From the NCBI GenBank assembly GCA_964016885.1, contig OZ024740.1:239134001-239198000 (forward strand): a stretch of 64,000 bases of DNA, read 5' to 3'. The notes beneath the pieces are model-generated. The model searched no databases, was not told the DNA's origin, and worked only from the letters and a program-made list of their open reading frames with translations. The translations under genes were made by a program, and so were the position numbers. The stretch comes from Eledone cirrhosa. Its lineage: Eukaryota. Positions 55,594 to 64,000 of this stretch are shown one piece after another (position 1 is the first letter of the stretch; every line of letters starts with the position of its first letter).

Positions 55594-57861
55594 GAGTTTA
55601 CATGGGTGGTCCCATCAAACTATAAATATATGACATGATCACCTGTTAATAATAGTGTTATAATCCTGCAACAATTTGATGCCGACAAAAGTCTAGAATT
55701 GATTATCATAGAAATATATCTGAAAGATTTATAATTTTTTAGTTCAGACTTTATTTCTTGTCATGAACTTAGTTTGAACAGAATATCTTACCAACAGTTC
55801 TTTATCACATTTAGATATAATGATTAATAATCTATATAACAGCCAGTCTAGCATAAAACACACTTATATTTCATTCTTATCTTCATATTTGTGATGCAAG
55901 AATGGCGGAATATAATTGGAAGAATTCTTAGGTTTCGAAATGTCGGAAGTGGGATTATCACGTTACAAGAATACTTGAATTAAACTACTGGTGTTTAAAA
56001 TATTACTTGAGATCCAGTAAGAGTAGGCATTTATTTAACTCTAGCAAAAATACTGTCCTGGCGTTTTTCTGATAGTGCCTGTATGTGTACATTGGTGTGT
56101 GTATGTGTACATTGGTGTGCGTGCGTTTTATAATGTATTAAAAGAGAAAACTATATCTTTAACAAGCTCAGTATATGAATCTGCGTTGATATATTTCGTC
56201 TTGCTGTTTATACAATTTTATACAACGCCGTTTATTCTCTACAAAATGGTGATCCCCGAGTTAAGTAAGGAGAGGATTTGAACTAGTAATAAGCAGAGAC
56301 ATCATTGAAACTGCTCGCTACAGGAGCTTCGATGAGATTCAAATCGGTACTGATTTTTGATATCAGTGTCTTTTTTTATCGAGTATCGGCTACCTGAGAG
56401 CCTTTATTCTAGGAGTGTGGTGAACCATATATAATAAAGTGGCAACATTTCTTTCGTGACGGGTAAACGATATAAATTTGCAACACCATATATGATTTCG
56501 CTGTTTATTTACTTTAATACTTACGTACAATGTTTGTTTGCCGAAGCAGGAAATCCATGCAGACACGCGCACACAAAAATTCTTATTTACTATTATGTAT
56601 GTATGGACCCGTAACTCTTGAGGGAGTCGCAGGGGCGCCATATTGACATATGGCGTTTCTAGGGCATTTTTATACCTGGCGGAGCCCATCTCTCCGAGTC
56701 TGAGTACAGCAGATTTCTTCCAGAGAAGGATAGAGAGTAAGAGAAAGGAGGTGAGAAAGAGATATAGAGGTGCATATGAAAACATAAACTTATATAACAC
56801 TTTTATATACAATAAAAATATGTGTAGACTCGCTGCCGAAGAAAAAATATTTTTCCACAACGAAACGAAACGCATATCACAAATTACTGTGGGTAATCGA
56901 TGGGTTTGGCTAATAATTAGAACTCAGTGTGCTATTCCGTTTGTCATACAAACAAGTCAACAAAAGCTGGAGTAAATTCAATTCATTTTCTCAGATCCAG
57001 ACTGAAAGTATGTGAGAGTACAGAGTCTCAATAATAACAAGAAATAACAGATGATGTTATTTCATATATTAATTTGGACACGTGTTACTGCAAGAACTTG
57101 CTCTACAAATTGCACAATGAATTACACGATTTGTGACTAGAAATTAATGGGCTTCATTATGGCTTATATACATAATATCTGTAGCTAAGCCTGAGCACTA
57201 AAAGGGATCAGATTCCATGACAAGAGTTGAAACGTTTGTCCGTTATGATTTTATATGATACAAAGGGAGATTGCACTGTTAACCTATCCAATAAAACATT
57301 TATAGTCACAAATCTGAGAGATAGAATTGACAGAATCCATTTGTTGTCGTCGGTACCTCGTCTATTCAACAAGGGTAAGATACGTTATTGGACTCTGTAG
57401 TGAATGGAATATGCTATTCTTTTCATTCTGTCTTTCGCCGTACATTTATATGTCATCTATAAAAGGGTAAAGTCCAAGGGAAAGACAAAGTCCCATACAG
57501 CTTTGCATTAGTGACATCGCAACTCTCTTTTTCCCCAGCTGAGTAAACTGGAGCAACATGAAGTAAAGTATCTTGCTCAATGACAAAAGGCACCACCCGG
57601 TCTAGTATTCGAACTCAGAACCCCATGACTGTAAACTCAATGCCCTAACTACACACACACCGCACACATATATATATATAATTCGTTTTTGAATTTGTTT
57701 TGCGAGATTTCTTATCAGAAAACGTGTGTTGAAACAGGTAGTGTTATACTTTGGGAAGGTCATGTTGCCAATAAAAACACACGCACCAGTTGGTTTTTCA
57801 CTTCAATTTATTATAAATTTCCGGTTGGTTGGTTCGATAACCGGAAGGTTGTTTATATATT

Positions 57862-57904
57862 GTCAAAGCTCTTTCGTCACACATTCTGTGACCTCCTCAG
57901 TGAC
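57862..57904 (-). ncRNA. Hammerhead ribozyme, family H2
   Basis: gtca-CTGAGGA-gGTCAC..GTGAC-GAAA-gagcT-T-tgac. Confidence 0.72.
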
Positions 57905-58719
57905 TAGGTTTTTATTTTGTGTATCTCTCTTTTGTTCTGTCTTACACCATCTTGTTTTTGAGTAAACAAGATGGTGTATATAATTTTTCTGAATGAAGAA
58001 GATTCAATGTAGCTAAAATCCATGTCTGTTTTGAAAGAATATATTAATATTGTTGTTACGTAAAACCTTACGAAGAGAAGCACAATCTCATATAGTCTTA
58101 GAATGTCGTTGAAAATAAATGAATAAATATAACATTCCACTATTCTTATAACTGATCTAAAGTTTGTATGAATATGAGAGAGTATAATCTAATTCACCAC
58201 ATAACATATGTCTATATATCTACACACACGTACTCCTTATATGCACATATGAATATAACACTTACATTAGATCATGTATTAGATATATTTTTATGTAGTA
58301 ATATAGAGATCTCAATGCAAGAAGCAGACAATAATTAATTCTTTATAACAGGGATATATACCAAAATACGTTTGTATTAATTGTAAATTGGCGCCATGAT
58401 ATTTATTAATTTATTCAGGGCATTCTTTGAAGAGTGTTTAAAATCATGATTTCCCTTAGTAAGACTTTTCTACAGCAACATAAGAATATAACTTCAAAAC
58501 ATTCTGGAAGTGTTGTCCTTCAGGTCTGAAAAAATGTTGAAAATTCTAAATAATGAGTATTTTTGCTGTACCAAAGATTCTGCTAGGATGAAACCCAAAT
58601 TTGTCCAGGATATTGGTATAGTTCTTGTTATAAAGAAATATATTTAATTTATATATAAACCACCCGAGCGTCGAGTGGATCAAAATTCTTAGAAAATGTA
58701 AACAAATCTCTCTCAAAGC

Positions 58720-59120
58720 AGCAAAATACACACATAAAATATATTTATTTGAAACAAATCAGAGATCTAAATACAAGAATCAAATAAATTGAATAAACTG
58801 AATTAAATATTTAGAAAATGTAGAAAATCTCGAACGCAGAAACTATCTGTATCTACAGTCGTTTGTTATAAATAATAGCTTCGAACTTTGTAGCGGCTGC
58901 CGGTCACTTTTTTCCGCCTCTTGGGCTATTTTACTCGATTTTCTAAGTTTTTATTTATAGCAATCGACTGTAGTTACAGTTATTTCCTACGTTCGAGATT
59001 TTCTACATTTTCTAAATATTTAATTCAATTTGTTTAATTCATTTAATTTTTGTATTGAGATCTCTGCATTATTTCAAACAAATGTATTTAATATGTGTGT
59101 GCATATGTGTATATTTTGCT
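58720..59120. mobile_element. Foldback/MITE-like element with long imperfect TIRs
   Basis: gaattaaatatttagaaaatgtagaaaatctcgaacg / cgttcgagattttctacattttctaaatatttaattc within ~150 bp arms. Confidence 0.7.
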
Positions 59121-60144
59121 ATATGCATTTATATATGTATGTCTCTCGCAATTATTTTAATTATCTCACCCACCTCTTTTTCCCCTCACCACTCCCGTCT
59201 CAACCCAAAATTCCATAAAAACATTTATCAATCAAACTTGATACCCACGCACGCAAACAAATCATGGGGTCGCTCTATCTGCTAGAAATAACAGTTAAAT
59301 TTCCTCACAAAACAACCCAATCGTCTTTAAATGTAAATTACGCGTTACCTAATTTAGTTCTAGAAGCCCATCAATCGGGGTTAACGTGGGCTAAACAACA
59401 GTAATCTGTGAATGTCTGTCAAATCTCCGTTGGTTCCGATGGTGTTCCAGTTATTCGAACAATATAACAGCCTCCTCGTGAAATTAACACGCAAGTGACT
59501 GAGCATTCCACAGACAAGTGTACCCTTAACGTAGTTCTCAGAGAGATTCAGTGGGATACATTATATGAAAAAACTGGCTCTTTGAGTTACAGATACAACT
59601 CAGCTTTTCTAGCTATGTCGACTGAAGCAACTGGAAATAAATGTCTTGCTCAAGGACACAACACGCCGCTGGGAATAGAGTCCAACGACCTTAGGATCTT
59701 GAGCAGAAGAATCACACATGCAAGTGTATGCTTACAATATACTCATCTCTCTATATATACACATACATACACAAGTTCATATATTCCCCATATGCTTCAG
59801 TGTATTGTTAGAAAGTCATTATTTTAATATTCAGAGAAGTAATTAAATATAATGAGAGGATTCCAATAAATGAGATAAATTATACTATCTATTCCTCTCC
59901 ATGTATCTCTCTATTTCTTTCTTTTATATAATGATATACGAGAAACACAACTACTTTGATGACTAGGATTATATATCAAGACTGAATTTTTCCCAATTAA
60001 TGCTAACGCTAACACGCTATCGTAAAGAAAGCGCTTTGCCAATGCACAGTGCTTATACACACATACGTATATACATACATACCTACATACATACATACGT
60101 ATGAAAACTTTAGTTATGTTACTAAATCCGATAACTAAAGTTTT

Positions 60145-60287
60145 CGTATCGGTAGAGAATCGGACGCCATGCTTTGCAGCATAGAGTTACGGCCCTTTGA
60201 GGTCTGAGTTCAAATCCCGCCGAGGTTAACTTTGCCAGTAATGTACTAGGTAATTGCTGGCCTTGTGCTGAAAGTAGAAACAATTAT
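60145..60287 (+). mobile_element. Internally deleted SINE
   Basis: Consensus match lacking the central core. Confidence 0.75.
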
Positions 60288-60347
60288 ACATATGCCTAGT
60301 ATTGACAGTCGCGGGAATGAAAACTCAATACCACAGAAGAAATATAT

Positions 60348-60480
60348 ATATTCTTTATTAAAGCCAAGCTTGAGTCTTGTTATTCTAAAGTTTCTCCTGT
60401 GTAGTCACAAGTTGGAGCTGCGAGTCTATTGGAGAAACTCCAGAGTAACACCACTTAAGCTTGGTCTTAATAAAGAATAT
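60348..60480. repeat. Short inverted repeat with hammerhead 3' half GAAACTCCAGAGTA
   Basis: atattctttattaaagccaagctt / aagcttggtcttaataaagaatat. Confidence 0.6.
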
Positions 60481-60784
60481 CTCTCTCTCTATATATACCT
60501 TTGAAAAGTCGGTTACATTGTTTGAAATGACAAATCTTTTGCATAATGACAGGCATATATAAATCTAACGTTCATCTCATGTGTCTTTATTCACAGAAAA
60601 TACCTGATAATCCTTCAGACTGTACATTATATGAAAGACAATTTAGCATGCCTAATAGACCGCCTCTCCACCAGTATCCCTCCTCTTTCTCTGTATGTAT
60701 GTATGTATGTATGTATGTATGTATGTATGTATGTATGTATGTATGTATGTATGTATGTATGTATGTATGTATGTATGTATGTAT

Positions 60785-61080
60785 GTTCTTCTGGTTTTAT
60801 AATTTCACAAAGTTTTACCAATAGAGAGAGAGTCGGTTTCTAACATAGACACAAGACTCTCTCATTGGAATTTACACAACATCAACTAGGTAGATATGTA
60901 TGTATGCATGCATGCATGTGTAGATATGGATGTTATTGTATGTGTGGATGTGTATGTTTTGAGTTGTATGTGTGCATGTGTATATGCTTTGTATCTGTAC
61001 ATGTGTATATGCAGTTATTAGATGCAAAATATTTGGAATGTTTTACATATTTTTACTGTTCCATTAATGGATTGTACTTG
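60785..61080 (-). mobile_element. R4-like family A 3' end in (TATG)n
   Basis: Matches 41575-41890; another copy at 62431-62745. Confidence 0.8.
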
Positions 61081-61112
61081 TATGTATGTATGTATGTATG
61101 TATGTATGTATG

Positions 61113-61144
<32 letters not shown>

Positions 61145-61885
61145 GGAAAGGAATGTGTTTCTCTTTGTTGAATATAAGTCACCAATTTGGTTGAGGTATA
61201 AGTACCAATTTAGCGGAGAAGTATTTAGAAGTTGGTAAGGTTGCCACGAGTAACCAGGTTTGGTAGAAACATATAATAAGAATATCGACAACGACTTTTA
61301 GCTTGGTTTTACATTATTTATTAACAGAGGTTGAGCTGGCATGCCAAGAGAAATAAAATAATTCAATTAAGATTACAAGAGAAAATACGGTCAACTGACT
61401 GAAGGCGTTTAGCCAGCTCCGTAGGAATGTTTTGTCGTTACATATTGTTTGCGCTGGCGGAGCAAAAGAACAAGCAGTGTTTACTTAGCATGGTCAAGCC
61501 TTGAAGTCCTCTAGCCTGGAAGTGGTGGCGTCCTCAAATCTTTGCGGGCTATTTCTCCCTCAGAACGCGTAGGGATACATCCTCTTCTACTGGCGCTGGT
61601 TGGCTGAGCTGAGCCAAATCACGCACAGAGAATGTATGTGAGCCCGCGGAATGTAGGTCACTACATATGTATGTCAGGTCACCAGTTGGTGCTACTGGTA
61701 ACATGTATCCCAGTACAACCTGTCCCATGGTTGGGTCGTTGGCGACTAAACTGGCAACCCCATCAAGGTTTCTTGGTGAGGAGGGTGACTTTGGACATCC
61801 TGCAGGACTAAAAACAAAATCTGTCAAAGGGCAAATGAGCTCTTAAGAGTCAATGGCCATCCAAAATCACCGGGAGAGATGACCT

Positions 61886-62280
61886 CTTAGCCTTTGTCAT
61901 GGCAGAATTCTAGGAGAAGGAAAACTCTGATATAACACCTGCAACTCTGATGGTATCCAATGATGTTGACTTGTTCTTCTTTTTGGTAAATATCATCTTG
62001 GTTAAGAGAGTGGGACTGGCTTTGTGCAGTGCCTTTGCTCACTATAAAAGCTTCACGGCACAGGCATTGCTTTATATCTGGAGATCTCTCTGCACTTGTC
62101 GTCACATGGTACCATGGGCCCAGCACTATGTGTAAATAATTGTCACAAGTGTAGTGTTTGTTCCAGAGTTTTCAAGTCGCTGGCTGGACTAAAAAGTCAC
62201 ACTCGTTCAGCGCATCGGTAGGGGTTCTCCTACATGGATATAAAGTAGTGGCCATACTCGAAAACAAGTTGGCAGCCACC

Positions 62281-62281
<1 letters not shown>
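61886..62281 (+). mobile_element. RTE-like family C 3' end
   Basis: Matches 44651-45037. Confidence 0.65.
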
Positions 62282-62313
<32 letters not shown>

Positions 62314-62796
62314 TGTATGTATGTATGTATGTATGTATGTATGTATGTATGTATGTATGTATGTATGTATGTACGTACGTATGTATGTATGTATGTATGT
62401 ATGTATGTATGTATGTATGTATGTATGTATGTTCTTCTGGTTTTATAATTTCACAAAGTTTTACCAATAGAGAGAGAGTCGGTTTCTAACATAGACACAA
62501 GACTCTCATTGGAATTTACACAACATCAACTAGGTAGATATGTCTGTATGTATGCATGCATGTGTAGATGTGGATGTTATTGTATGTGTGGATGTGGATG
62601 TTTTGAGTTGTATGTGTGGAAGTATCTGTACATGCGTATATGCAGTTTTTAGATGCAAAATTTTTGGAATGTTTTACATATTTTTACTGTTCCATTAATG
62701 GATTGTACTTGTAATTTCCTAACTAGTTGTGTTCTTTCATTTCATGTATGTATGTATGTATGTATGTATGTATGTATGTATGTATGTATGTATGTA

Positions 62797-62849
<53 letters not shown>

Positions 62850-62870
62850 ATGTATGTATGTATGTATGTA

Positions 62871-62905
<35 letters not shown>

Positions 62906-63261
62906 ATGTATGTATGTATGTATGTATGTATGTATGTATGTATGTATGTATGTGTGTGTGTGTATGTGTCTATGTATGTATGTATGTATGTATGTATGTA
63001 TGTATGTATGTATGTGTGTGTGTGTATATATATATATATATTGGTTAGGATGTTGCTCCCACGGTCATAAGATTGTAGGTTCGATTTCATGGACCGGGTG
63101 GTGTTCCTGAGCAAATGCATTCGGCATATAGTATCAGCATTGTCCAACCTGGTGATCAGCCCTTTTCATTCCCCACCACCTCTCTCTCTTTGGTATTTTT
63201 TTTATCTAAAGGCATTTTTTCCAATTCCAACCACCCTCAAACTATCTTATTTCTCATTCTT

Positions 63262-63297
63262 TCTTCTGATGAAGGACTAGCGTCCGAAACGTTAAGA
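63262..63297 (+). ncRNA. Very small hammerhead ribozyme, family H11
   Basis: tctt-CTGATGA-aggac/tagc/gtcc-GAAACGTT-aaga; internally deleted sister at 18985-19012; related motif at 39855-39897(-). Confidence 0.72.
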
Positions 63298-63380
63298 CCC
63301 TCTTCCTGCTATTTCAAGCGTTAACCTAATATATTTCTTCCATATAATGTACCGATTGTGTTGTTGTTATTTCTGTTTAC

Positions 63381-63423
<43 letters not shown>

Positions 63424-63462
63424 ATATTAAATAAATGGAAACTATATTTATAAAACCATATT

Positions 63463-63523
63463 TATTCTATTATATATATTTCAAGGTACCAAAAATTTTG
63501 GTACGCTATCATCAGATAAAATA
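63463..63523 (-). ncRNA. Hammerhead ribozyme, diverged family H5
   Basis: tattttat-CTGATGA-tagc-gtaccaaa/tttggtac-ctt-GAAA-tatataT-A-atagaata. Confidence 0.75.
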
Positions 63524-63627
63524 CAGAATGTTTTATAAATATTTGACATGACCAAGGATAATATACCTTAACGGTTCAAGTTATCCCTTCTACATATAAA
63601 TATCTCTTCTATATATATAAATATATA

Positions 63628-63707
<80 letters not shown>

Positions 63708-63794
63708 GTAATAATAATAAATGTGAAGACTAAAATCCAAAGAGAGCGCGATACGGATAAATATATATCAAATATATAAGGACCCTAGAGCAAA

Positions 63795-63920
63795 TATTTA
63801 TTTAAATAACAGATTAAAGTTTAAGCAAAGAATCGCTGCTTTCACCCTTCTGAAGATCCCGTTAAGAGTGAAAGCAGCGATTCTTTGCTTAAACTTTAAT
63901 CTGTTATTTTAATAAATAAT
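63795..63920. repeat. ~55 bp-arm inverted repeat
   Basis: aaataacagattaaagtttaagcaaagaatcgctgctttcac / gtgaaagcagcgattctttgcttaaactttaatctgttattt; the loop contains CTGAAGA. Confidence 0.85.
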
Positions 63921-64000
63921 ACACACACACACACACACACACATGCACACAGATATATATATATATAATACACATCGGATCCCAGATTAGGGATTTACTT

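Overview
AT-rich, repeat-saturated animal genomic DNA. The tRNA-derived SINE family, dense (TA)n/(CA)n/(TATG)n microsatellites and LINE types suggest a mollusc, probably an octopus (inference). Almost all ORF-track hits are microsatellite artefacts. Supported coding signals: one host exon resembling the N-terminus of a universal stress protein (15358-15430, absent from the ORF track), a decayed Helitron Pif1-type helicase with its CTAG 3' end, R4/Dong-like retrotransposon remnants in (TACA)n, and RTE-like LINE fragments. The main unannotated signal is a dispersed set of minimal type I hammerhead ribozymes: about a dozen near-complete copies from at least 8 unrelated short repeat families, plus 3' halves. 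Most sit next to (TA)n tracts and several form inverted pairs, as expected for Penelope-like element termini or retrozymes. Three otherwise unrelated families share an octamer-(34/35 nt)-TATA module about 25 nt upstream of a long hairpin enclosing the ribozyme, which resembles an snRNA-type promoter. All folds were read by eye; repeat boundaries are approximate.
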